A stretch of 32,000 nt of DNA from an uncultured Colwellia sp. (lineage in GTDB: Bacteria > Pseudomonadota > Gammaproteobacteria > Enterobacterales > Alteromonadaceae), in NCBI GenBank assembly GCA_913061365.1, contig CAJXUT010000004.1, positions 6,748-38,747 of the forward strand. The letters run 5' to 3'. Below the pieces are notes generated by a model. The model saw nothing but the letters and a program-made list of their open reading frames with translations, searched no databases and was not told the origin of the DNA. Shown here one piece after another: positions 17,490 through 25,611 of this stretch; position 1 is the stretch's first letter; each line of letters begins with the position of its first letter. The position numbers and the translations under genes are program-made.

Positions 17490-18221
17490 TTAATTTTTTA
17501 TTGCTTGATGTACTATTGAGCGAAATATATGGTCTTTAGCTTGCTGTTCAGTAGGTAAGTGATGAAATGGCTTTAAGCTTGGGTGAGTTTTTTCGGTGAA
17601 ATTATGGGTTTTGCCATACTTCCACCCATCACTCAGCATTTTAACCATCCAGTTATCATGAGATGCGTTTGGCTTTGAGTCAGGGTAAAGAATATGAAAA
17701 GCAACACGACCAAGAATAACTTCCTGTTCCTTTTCGTTTAAGTCACCCCAAGGCTTTGTATCTTCTCGAAGTGCTGCACAATAAGCGCGATTCACTTCAT
17801 GGCACATTTTGGCAATAGAAGTAACTTGGTCCATATGTTCTGCAGGAATACTTAGCTCGCTATCATCATCACCTAAATTAACAAATTCAATTTTGCTGTA
17901 ACCATCTTCAAAAGCCTGTTTAGGGATAATGGCAACATTATCATTTTCATAAAGAACTAAGTAGTCGCCAGCGACCGGCATATAGCGTTGATATAAATCT
18001 TGGTAAACTTTATAAGGTATCTCGATATCAGTATCAGGTAACCCGATTATCGTAGTTAAATATTGCCCCCTACCCTCGGTTGCCTTCCAATCAATTTCTT
18101 TAATAACTGCAGCCATAACCACTTTATGACACTGGAACTCAGCCATTACTTCACGAATATGTACTACTGCTTGCTCGTCATCACAAAGAACAACATCTTT
18201 TATTTGTTTAACTTCAGTCAT
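17490..18221 (-). CDS. RyR-domain-containing protein (C-terminal RyR-like domain, unknown N-terminal domain)
   Basis: The C-terminal half SHDNWMVKMLSDGWKYGKTHNFTEKTHPSLKPFHHLPTEQQAKDHIF matches the RyR domain pattern (H..W.....GW.YG......K.HP.L.P...L......D). An upstream half-motif CHEVNRAYCAA...KPWGDLNEKEQ is also present. Confidence 0.65.
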   Translation of the reverse strand: MTEVKQIKDVVLCDDEQAVVHIREVMAEFQCHKVVMAAVIKEIDWKATEGRGQYLTTIIGLPDTDIEIPYKVYQDLYQRYMPVAGDYLVLYENDNVAIIPKQAFEDGYSKIEFVNLGDDDSELSIPAEHMDQVTSIAKMCHEVNRAYCAALREDTKPWGDLNEKEQEVILGRVAFHILYPDSKPNASHDNWMVKMLSDGWKYGKTHNFTEKTHPSLKPFHHLPTEQQAKDHIFRSIVHQAIKN

Positions 18222-18223
18222 TG

Positions 18224-20320
18224 TTATACCTGTATCGCATCTAGTTGCGCTTGAATATTATTGGTTAGTGTTGATTTCATGGCCGCTATTTCAGTGCGGT
18301 TATGCTCAATTTCAACGAGGATTTTTTCAGTTTCAGCGACAACCTTGTCATCTTTAACTTGCTCAGTTTCAGTTCTTGCTTGAAGCGCTTGAATATCAGC
18401 ACCCAACTTGTCATTTTCAAGCACCATTTTTTCGATTTTGGCGTTAATTTCTTTCATTTGCAGCTGCTCCATATCCTTAGCTTTTTGCTGCTGTTGTTGA
18501 TGAACTGCTAATTCTTCCTCGCTCATATCTTCCTGAGCTTTAGGGATATTCATTGCTTGGCGAATAGTTGAAAGAAACTCTTCTTTGTTCGGTAAATCCA
18601 TTAACTCAACAAGCATAGGCACAACAGCTGCTTGCGCTTGCTCTGGTAATTTAGCCATAGCTTGAGTTAACAATGTTGCTTGTTGTTGGCGATAAGTAGG
18701 TGTTGCTTGTATTGGCATTAGAGCAATGTGACCTCTCCAACGTGATACATCGTTATTTCGCTTATCACTACCTTCTTCAACGCCATTAATGCGAATAACT
18801 TTTTTCTTAGCCTTGTCTTTTTTATTGACTGTTATGTCAACATTATCGCGCCCTGCCATATCTTCAATGATGAACGCCAAGAGCAAATCGGCTACTTTGT
18901 TACGTGAGTAATGAAAGTTGTCATTCAATTCAGCTAGTGTTGTTGTTCCCTGCTCTACCAAGTTAGCAATAGCAACGCCAGACGTAGCATTGGAGTCTTG
19001 ACCGAGCATTGAGTTATAAACACCAGCGGTGTCTTGAATTAGCCTCATATCGTTTTGCATAAGGCTAAATTGTTGAGCTGCAATACCTACATCGTTTTGA
19101 ACATTGAATGAATCAGATACCGAGCGTTTATTTTTACGCTCAGGATTTAACGGAATATAGCCATCAGGTTTTTCAACTTCTTCTTTAAGTTTTGTTTCGC
19201 TTAAATTTGTAGCATCATCATCAGCAATAATACGACGAGCTTGAAGTAAGAAGTTAAGGCGAATAACGCGAGAGTTAATACCGTCTTGCGCTGGTATCAT
19301 GCGAGAAATCAAGCCGTATGGCTCACCGCTATTATCTTTTTTATAACCAATAAACCCAACTAAAGGGTCTTTAGCATCAGGAGTCGGGCAAAATCTATCA
19401 ACAATACGATGAGGACCAACAAACCACGCTTCACGCATTTTAGGGAATGCAGCGTATTCAAGTTTTACTTTTCCTGCTTGAACTGCGGCAACATGAACAA
19501 CGTTATCCTTGTCATACTCAAGTACTTGGCCATCAGACAACTTAATAACATGAGCGCGTTTCCAAACGGTATACATTGCCACTTGAAGCAATACACGATC
19601 TCGCTCTGTATCCATCCATTCTGATTGCTTTCTATCCCAACTATCATAATTATGCCAAGCAGCATGCAAGCTAGGATCTTCATTCTCTAGATCTTCTGTA
19701 TTTGCAAAGTCTTGCCAATCGTTTTTGCAATTTTCTAAGATTTCTTTATGCTCAGGAAAAACGCTATAAGCTTCGTCCAAGTCCATCCACTTTTTATGTA
19801 TTTTCCATCGAGTATTGCTTAAATCAATTTCCTCAGAATGCCAATCCCACCAAATATTACGACGATGAACGAACTTAACGCGATATTTAGCACCAAAAGG
19901 TATAGGGTTACGCGATACTTCAACCCAACCTAAACCAGCCTTTAATTGTGCCGCATACGCATCAGAACAAGCTCTATCAGCATTAGATAATCTCCAAGCA
20001 TCTTTAAACTCTTCATTTAGTGCTTGTGCAAGCTCTTCACCATGCTCATCATCAGCGCTTACCATTAAATCAGCGCGAGTACGGGCTTCCATACCCAATA
20101 CGCCATCAATGGTAGGGCCAATCATATTGTGAACTATTTTAGGCTGTCCACGTTTATGTAAAACTTGAAGTACTCTTTCACTTAATTGATCACCGTCATA
20201 ATAAGCGCATGCAATTGAAGCAGGAGATCGCCAATCAGGTTGCGCATCTATCGCGCTCATTAATTTCAAAAGCTGTTCTAGTGACATGCCTTCTTTATTA
20301 TTTTTAACGTGATCAACCAT
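18224..20320 (-). CDS. Portal protein
   Basis: 698-aa ORF directly after the large terminase. The long C-terminal coiled-coil (QQQQQKAKDMEQLQMKEINAKIEKMVLENDKL...) is reminiscent of the P22-type portal barrel. Confidence 0.8.
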   Translation of the reverse strand: MVDHVKNNKEGMSLEQLLKLMSAIDAQPDWRSPASIACAYYDGDQLSERVLQVLHKRGQPKIVHNMIGPTIDGVLGMEARTRADLMVSADDEHGEELAQALNEEFKDAWRLSNADRACSDAYAAQLKAGLGWVEVSRNPIPFGAKYRVKFVHRRNIWWDWHSEEIDLSNTRWKIHKKWMDLDEAYSVFPEHKEILENCKNDWQDFANTEDLENEDPSLHAAWHNYDSWDRKQSEWMDTERDRVLLQVAMYTVWKRAHVIKLSDGQVLEYDKDNVVHVAAVQAGKVKLEYAAFPKMREAWFVGPHRIVDRFCPTPDAKDPLVGFIGYKKDNSGEPYGLISRMIPAQDGINSRVIRLNFLLQARRIIADDDATNLSETKLKEEVEKPDGYIPLNPERKNKRSVSDSFNVQNDVGIAAQQFSLMQNDMRLIQDTAGVYNSMLGQDSNATSGVAIANLVEQGTTTLAELNDNFHYSRNKVADLLLAFIIEDMAGRDNVDITVNKKDKAKKKVIRINGVEEGSDKRNNDVSRWRGHIALMPIQATPTYRQQQATLLTQAMAKLPEQAQAAVVPMLVELMDLPNKEEFLSTIRQAMNIPKAQEDMSEEELAVHQQQQQKAKDMEQLQMKEINAKIEKMVLENDKLGADIQALQARTETEQVKDDKVVAETEKILVEIEHNRTEIAAMKSTLTNNIQAQLDAIQV

Positions 20321-20323
20321 GTG

Positions 20324-22057
20324 TTAACGTGCCATCCAGTGATTAGGGTTGTGTGGTGATTCTGAATTATCAATAACTCGACGCTTAGGCATTCGAGCTC
20401 GCATTTCTTGTGCAATCATGTAGCTCATAACTTGATCATCAAAGCCGCCTGCTTGAGCGCCCATACGACCTTTTTTGTCATAAACAAATATATTTAATTC
20501 GGCAACAGTGCCGCGCCAACGCAAACCATCAGTATCATTAGCGAGTAAATCTTCAAATGAACCTGTTAATAATGGCTTTGATTGTGCTGAGGTATGCCAA
20601 CCGACTTTGTTTGTTTCTTCGTCGGTATCTTCACGATCAATATGTTCTTCATGGTAAATGCGTGAAGTAGGATAAATTTCTACTAATTCTTGAAGTACGG
20701 CATGACCGTGATTGTTTCTTTCGGGGCCAATGTAGGCCAAGTTGTACCAGGTACCAATGTGAGCCATTAATCGAGCAAAACGTTTAGTATCTAAATGACC
20801 GAACCAATGCGCTACTTGTCGACCATCAGACTTAGCAACGATATCAAATGAACTTCTATCGCCATGCTCTAAACCTTCGGCAACATCACCACCCATGGCA
20901 TAATCTTCATCTTCGTCGGGTAATTCCCAAACAAGAAGATAACCTAAGGTAGATTGCGCTAATTTATCAGCAGCTTTTAATGATAAATCGACTTTGCCAT
21001 TAACTTTTTTACGTTTACCTGTGTTCGGGTCCACATCATAAACAAGTAATGGTTTAGTGCAGCGCCCTTCAGCTCGCATTAAATCATCACTATCAAAAAC
21101 TTTACGTCCAGAAGTAAGAAAAGCTTCCATCGGTGTTGATGGAAACTCTTGTTTCATTTTGCCTTTTTGAGAGCTTTCTTTTTTGATGTACCAGTTTTTT
21201 TGCTCATCACTAAGTATTACCTTAGAAGCAGCTTGAACACTGGTGAAATACTTAACCCACTTTTTAGTAAGCTTTAAGCCACTATCAGGAACAGGTAAAA
21301 CATATTTAGGATCGTCAAACCAAGGATAAAAGTGAAACTTGAAATCTAACTTACTTAAATCAATGCCTGACTCAAGCAGCTCCATCGACTCAACGGACAT
21401 TTCAAAGAAATTACCCGTTGCACCTTCAGCCGTACTTTCAACAAAAAGCAACGAACCTTCATGAATAGCATTTAATGAACCACTTTGAACTTCATCAGCT
21501 CGCAGTGGGAAAGCTGCACAAATTTTACCGTACTCAGAGATATGAAGTACTTGCAATGTTCCTGAGCGAAAACTAACAGCTATACGAACATAACTATCAT
21601 TAGCAAAGTAAATTGCTGTCCCTGTCTTGCTTGTTATCGCTCTATTACCCGTTTTAAGCCAACTTGGAAGCCGAACATACGGATATAAAATTTTACTGGC
21701 AAAGATTGCCCTAGCTTCACTCAGTCCTTGAGCGATAACGCCACACTGCCTATCGTTATTAAACAGCGCATGATCTAAGATGAAAACTTGAATTGCAGTA
21801 CTAAAGCCTAACTGTCTGGCTTTAAGAATTATATTTAGGTACCACATCACACAAAACAAAACAGTTTGTGCAGTACGACAACGAAATAAAACTGGTTGCC
21901 CGTACTCATTAGCGATGATGTATAAATTATTTATACGCCACCACCAGCAATCTAAATACTTTTCACAGCGTTCAAACAGTTCAGCCTCATCTAAGTTGAA
22001 CCGTTCTTCTTCAGTTAACCAAGTGCTTTTAGGGTACTTAGCCGTATTAGGATGCAT
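20324..22057 (-). CDS. terL: Terminase large subunit
   Basis: 577-aa ORF between the small terminase and the portal. Walker-A-like ARQLGFST block near the N-terminus and an acidic nuclease-type C-terminal half. Start overlaps the terS stop. Confidence 0.85.
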   Translation of the reverse strand: MHPNTAKYPKSTWLTEEERFNLDEAELFERCEKYLDCWWWRINNLYIIANEYGQPVLFRCRTAQTVLFCVMWYLNIILKARQLGFSTAIQVFILDHALFNNDRQCGVIAQGLSEARAIFASKILYPYVRLPSWLKTGNRAITSKTGTAIYFANDSYVRIAVSFRSGTLQVLHISEYGKICAAFPLRADEVQSGSLNAIHEGSLLFVESTAEGATGNFFEMSVESMELLESGIDLSKLDFKFHFYPWFDDPKYVLPVPDSGLKLTKKWVKYFTSVQAASKVILSDEQKNWYIKKESSQKGKMKQEFPSTPMEAFLTSGRKVFDSDDLMRAEGRCTKPLLVYDVDPNTGKRKKVNGKVDLSLKAADKLAQSTLGYLLVWELPDEDEDYAMGGDVAEGLEHGDRSSFDIVAKSDGRQVAHWFGHLDTKRFARLMAHIGTWYNLAYIGPERNNHGHAVLQELVEIYPTSRIYHEEHIDREDTDEETNKVGWHTSAQSKPLLTGSFEDLLANDTDGLRWRGTVAELNIFVYDKKGRMGAQAGGFDDQVMSYMIAQEMRARMPKRRVIDNSESPHNPNHWMAR

Positions 22058-22770
22058 TATCCAATTACCTGATCAACACTTGAACCGACTTTCTTATCAA
22101 TGTAATCATCAATCTTACTTGTGCCGCCAGCTTCTTTACGTGCTTGCTTAACCTGTAACTCAACTAACTCCGTTTGAGCAATTGATTTTTTAGCGTTGAT
22201 AACAATAGCTTTGGTCGCTTCATTGTTTTTACGTGTATCAGCAAGTATTTTATGTTCGTTAACGTCATCTATCCTGATTGACGATAACGTTTTAGTGATT
22301 GATTCTACTCGAGCAACGTTTCTATCTAATGCCGTATCAGCTTTAAATAGCGATTCATATAAACTTGCTGCAACTTCAGGCTCAACTCTTGGCTCTTTTT
22401 GTTCAAGCCTACGTTGAATTTCTTCAATCGTACAAACAACCAAGTGAATACGTGCACGACAAAGATCTAATTCATCCGTTAAGTCTGTCCCATCAACTAG
22501 CGTTGTAATGTCTTTATTGAAGTACTTTGAATAACCACCATGCTTCAATTGGCCAAGCGAACGTTTTTGAACAGGTATTTTTTTATTTGTCGGCTTTCTA
22601 ACTGCCGCTTCTTGCTTAATTCGTGCTTTAGTTTTGGTTATCTTGATGTAACGACGAGCGCTTGAGTAATTTAGCCCTTGCTCATCACACCAATCTTTTA
22701 CTTTTACGCCTGTTTTTTCATGAGCCTTAGTAAAATCAGCTTGTAATTGTACCCAATTGTTTTTAGCCAT
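22057..22770 (-). CDS. terS: Terminase small subunit
   Basis: 237-aa ORF immediately upstream of terL. N-terminal HTH-like segment (VKDWCDEQGLNYSSARRYIK) typical of small terminases. Confidence 0.6.
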   Translation of the reverse strand: MAKNNWVQLQADFTKAHEKTGVKVKDWCDEQGLNYSSARRYIKITKTKARIKQEAAVRKPTNKKIPVQKRSLGQLKHGGYSKYFNKDITTLVDGTDLTDELDLCRARIHLVVCTIEEIQRRLEQKEPRVEPEVAASLYESLFKADTALDRNVARVESITKTLSSIRIDDVNEHKILADTRKNNEATKAIVINAKKSIAQTELVELQVKQARKEAGGTSKIDDYIDKKVGSSVDQVIG

Positions 22771-22782
22771 TTACTAGCCACA

Positions 22783-23115
22783 TTACTTGTCACTTGAGAG
22801 CCCGATACGCTTATGAATGAAACGTTCAATCATGTAAATGCCTCGACCTCCCATATGACCAGCCACGCCAGCAGCCGCAGCGGTATACATAAAAGATATT
22901 TCCATTTCTTGGCAGATAAAAGCTGTGATCAATCCAGAGAAACCTGAAATAACCCATTCACCGATTAGCTCTACAATGGAAAATGGTGATTTGTCACTTT
23001 TTCTTCTGGCGATATAATTCACGGTGCCGCCCCAAGCAGCTAGAAAAATAAACCAAACATAACCCAAACCTGCATCAAGAAGCTGCTTTAAAAGTGGTAT
23101 ATTGCTTTCTGGCAT
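22783..23115 (-). CDS. Holin (three predicted transmembrane segments)
   Basis: 110-aa ORF with three hydrophobic stretches (LGYVWFIFLAAWGG, IGEWVISGFSGLITAFI, FMYTAAAAGVAGHMGG) and a charged C-terminus. Last gene of the lysis cassette. Confidence 0.6.
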   Translation of the reverse strand: MPESNIPLLKQLLDAGLGYVWFIFLAAWGGTVNYIARRKSDKSPFSIVELIGEWVISGFSGLITAFICQEMEISFMYTAAAAGVAGHMGGRGIYMIERFIHKRIGLSSDK

Positions 23116-23681
23116 TATTTAGACTTCCATAAACTTACTAAATCAGAAACAACCGACTTAGGCTCAGAATTTGATATTGCATGGTATTTTTGTTGTTTTT
23201 CTTTGGTTCTCATTCCGAAGTAAGCACGTAGTAACGCTGAAGGAATAGTTAACAATGCCGTAACTAAAGGCCAGTTATCACCTATAGCTTTAATTGTCTC
23301 AATATTATTGTTAATAATAGATATAGCCAACATCGTAATAAGAATGATGACTGAAAAAGCTACAATCTGCGCCATCATCATAGCAATTGCAGGTCTTGTT
23401 GAGTTACCTGTTTTATCTACCTCACCAAGAGCTGTAATAACTTTGGTATGTTCTTGTATTTCGATTTTTTCTACATCAAACTGCTTATTTAACAATATAG
23501 CTTGAGATTTAGGGGGCATTTTAGAAATAGCGCCTTGAATATCAGCACCAGTACATTTTTCAGGTAACTTAGATTCTTCTGGTAAGAACTCATTCACTAC
23601 TCTTAATATAGCGTTACCACCTGGCACAACATCAGCAAGTATAGAGCCACCAACTTTGCCTAGTATTTTTAATAGATTCAT
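23115..23681 (-). CDS. Lysis-cassette membrane protein, possibly DUF3154/3TM-holin-like
   Basis: 188-aa ORF with a soluble ~95-aa N-terminus followed by hydrophobic segments (IAMMMAQIVAFSVIILITMLAISII, WPLVTALLTIPSALL). ATGA/TAATG overlaps with both neighbours. Confidence 0.4.
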   Translation of the reverse strand: MNLLKILGKVGGSILADVVPGGNAILRVVNEFLPEESKLPEKCTGADIQGAISKMPPKSQAILLNKQFDVEKIEIQEHTKVITALGEVDKTGNSTRPAIAMMMAQIVAFSVIILITMLAISIINNNIETIKAIGDNWPLVTALLTIPSALLRAYFGMRTKEKQQKYHAISNSEPKSVVSDLVSLWKSK

Positions 23682-24106
23682 ACTTTCACCAATTCAAAGT
23701 GTGGCAAATCTACAAAGGTTTCATCTGAAGTCCTTCCATCACCATCCCAATCACCACCCCAACGAAGGCGATGAGTAATTAATTTTTTATCTAAAAGCTC
23801 ATCCGCAATACGCATACAATAGCCAGCAAAAACAGCAAATGCTTTATGATCTTCCCAATCAGTATTTTTTAACTCGATAAAATATGGCCCTGCATCTGTA
23901 GCCATACTTGGAAATTGATTATGTTTTGATTCTGGATATCTAACTTGAGACAAGCCATTATCAAAAGCTTTATTTTGGTTAGCTTCACCTCGATGGCCGC
24001 AAAAAATTGAACACTCAACCGTTTTGATTGCGGTATTGAATACCAACTGCAAGTCAGGATGGCAAGTTGCTAACCGTTCTCTAGATGCTTTACCGAACTT
24101 AGGCAT
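23678..24106 (-). CDS. Endolysin, peptidase M15 family (D-Ala-D-Ala carboxypeptidase-like); start revised to ATG at 24106
   Basis: MPKFGKASRERLATCHPDLQLVF...GHRGEANQNKAF...SKHN...MATDAGPY...RWGGDWDGDG...DLPHFE matches the small phage M15 peptidase pattern (HPDL, R..Q, S.H..A.D, WGGDW, D..HFE). The track start at 24178 is a TTG without RBS and spans a terminator hairpin. Confidence 0.8.
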   Translation of the reverse strand: MPKFGKASRERLATCHPDLQLVFNTAIKTVECSIFCGHRGEANQNKAFDNGLSQVRYPESKHNQFPSMATDAGPYFIELKNTDWEDHKAFAVFAGYCMRIADELLDKKLITHRLRWGGDWDGDGRTSDETFVDLPHFELVKV

Positions 24107-24120
24107 AATTGAATTCCAGA

Positions 24121-24149
24121 AATAAAAAAGCCCCATCAAAAGATGAGGC
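24121..24149 (-). terminator. Intrinsic terminator 15 nt upstream of the endolysin ATG
   Basis: Minus strand: GCCTCATC TTTT GATGGGGC (8 bp with one G-U pair) followed by TTTTTTATTT. Confidence 0.65.
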
Positions 24150-24243
24150 AAACATAGGGAGATATGACTTATAAGCAATTGTTAAAGGTTCGTCAGTCCT
24201 AAGCTGTGTTATTTATCGTGAAATAACTTTCGCCAAATCTAAA

Positions 24244-24279
24244 CGCAAAAAAATCCGCATAGAGTTAACTAGCGGATTT
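24244..24279 (-). terminator. Intrinsic terminator (first of two upstream of the endolysin)
   Basis: Minus strand: AAATCCGC-loop-GCGGATTT followed by TTTTTTT. Confidence 0.7.
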
Positions 24280-24293
24280 CTTCAACATGGGAA

Positions 24294-24322
24294 ATATTAC
24301 TCTTGTTTTGGGGTGTTTGCAA
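24294..24322 (-). promoter_or_regulatory. Candidate late promoter (PR'-like)
   Basis: Minus strand: TTGCAA - 17 nt (ACACCCCAAAACAAGAG) - TAATAT. It is followed within about 15 nt by an intrinsic terminator and lies upstream of the lysis cassette. Confidence 0.45.
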
Positions 24323-24334
24323 GATGTTATAAAT

Positions 24335-24778
24335 TCATCTCGATACTCTTGCTTTATATTCTTTACTTATAATGCGATCTCTCGCTTGTTTTTTTTCAAA
24401 TTCCCAATCATCACCATCTGGGTACATCAATAAAACTTGCTCATCGGCTATTTCTTCGCACTTTTTCATTATTGCGATTAAATCAAGCTCGCTGATAGCG
24501 CTATAATCTATCGGCTTTGTGCTTAACTTCTGATGATTGTTGTTTTTAAATACACCTTCCGCCAACTTAGTAGCTGCATCTCGCAGTATGATTTCTAATT
24601 CCCAAGTAACAATGACTTTAGTAGCAGAAACAACATCTTTAGGTGGTATTTCATTGGCTTTAAGGCAGGGAATTACTTTGTGGTGACGAATCAAACCCAG
24701 TTCACCATTAAAAGAAGCTGCAACTGAGTATTCATTACCAAAGTCTTCAAACTGATATTCCCATTCAATTTCGCGCAT
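24335..24778 (-). CDS. Hypothetical 147-aa protein (accessory island)
   Basis: ORF with a good RBS (AAAGGTG). No recognisable motif. Followed by the late-promoter-like element and a terminator. Confidence 0.5.
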   Translation of the reverse strand: MREIEWEYQFEDFGNEYSVAASFNGELGLIRHHKVIPCLKANEIPPKDVVSATKVIVTWELEIILRDAATKLAEGVFKNNNHQKLSTKPIDYSAISELDLIAIMKKCEEIADEQVLLMYPDGDDWEFEKKQARDRIISKEYKARVSR

Positions 24779-24918
24779 TTGTTACACCTTTCTCGTTATT
24801 TATGCAATAAATCGTCTGCAAAGTTTGTTAACGTTAATTCTATCATTGTTTCTATTTGTTGCTTTCAGTTTTACGGAAGTAATCACTTGAACCAGTAAGC
24901 CTTTCGATAACAGCAGAG

Positions 24919-25542
24919 TTAATCATACAAATACTCATGCTTAATACTACCTGATATAAAAACACATTTACTCTCAAAGCTTTCACAGGTAAAGCTTTCG
25001 TTGTCTGTAAACCCTAACCCTTCCTGATTTCCAAAGCTGCTTTTATTACCAAGTTCAAGTTGCTCAGCTAAAAAACAAAGAACGCTAGGAGCGTAATTAG
25101 CTAAGCGATTATCATGAGCCATCCTAAATGATAATTCGATATTAAGCTTCCTGCCTGTTACGCCCTCCCATTTAATTGCATTAGAGTTGAGTATATTTAA
25201 TTGCATGTTTAGTTCGTTAACCGTCTTGGACTCGCTGCCTCTCAAACCAAGCATATGTTCCGGCACACCTATAGCCTCACATACCTTTTGTTCAGCACGT
25301 TCTTTCGCTATCGCTTCTGGTGGTTGGTTGATTTGGAGCTTTAGTGCTTCACTTTTTATTGCTTGATAGTCATCAACTAAACCACCATTATCGGACCAAG
25401 TTACATTACCAAAGGAAGAAATATTACACGCTCTATCTTCAAACAATAAAGTAGCGTTCTTTTCATCAAGGTAAGCTATTTCAATAAACTTATCTAGCTT
25501 TAATAATTCATTAAGTTTTTGTAACGCTATTCTGGTAAACAT
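24919..25542 (-). CDS. Hypothetical 207-aa protein (accessory island) preceded by TGCGCA array
   Basis: ORF with RBS AAGGTGA. No recognisable motif. Confidence 0.5.
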   Translation of the reverse strand: MFTRIALQKLNELLKLDKFIEIAYLDEKNATLLFEDRACNISSFGNVTWSDNGGLVDDYQAIKSEALKLQINQPPEAIAKERAEQKVCEAIGVPEHMLGLRGSESKTVNELNMQLNILNSNAIKWEGVTGRKLNIELSFRMAHDNRLANYAPSVLCFLAEQLELGNKSSFGNQEGLGFTDNESFTCESFESKCVFISGSIKHEYLYD

Positions 25543-25553
25543 AAATCACCTTT

Positions 25554-25611
25554 TGCGCAGCTGCGCATTTTATTTGTGCGCACGATTGCGCAGTGCGCAG
25601 AGATTTGCGCA
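25554..25611. promoter_or_regulatory. Array of six TGCGCA palindromes (operator-like cluster) directly upstream of the 207-aa gene RBS
   Basis: TGCGCA hexamers start at 25554, 25562, 25577, 25587, 25594 and 25606. The first two form the 14-bp palindrome TGCGCAGCTGCGCA; the third sits in GTGCGCAC. The region is otherwise AT-rich. Confidence 0.5.

Noticed and set aside
24107-24178. N-terminal extension of the endolysin (MLISHISLCLPHLLMGLFYFWNSI) as a possible signal-anchor-release (SAR) domain
   Set aside because: The extension starts at a TTG with no RBS, and its hydrophobic codons are simply the translated terminator hairpin and T-tract. Homologous small M15 endolysins begin at the position equivalent to ATG 24106. 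I cannot fully exclude an SAR form without experimental N-terminal mapping.
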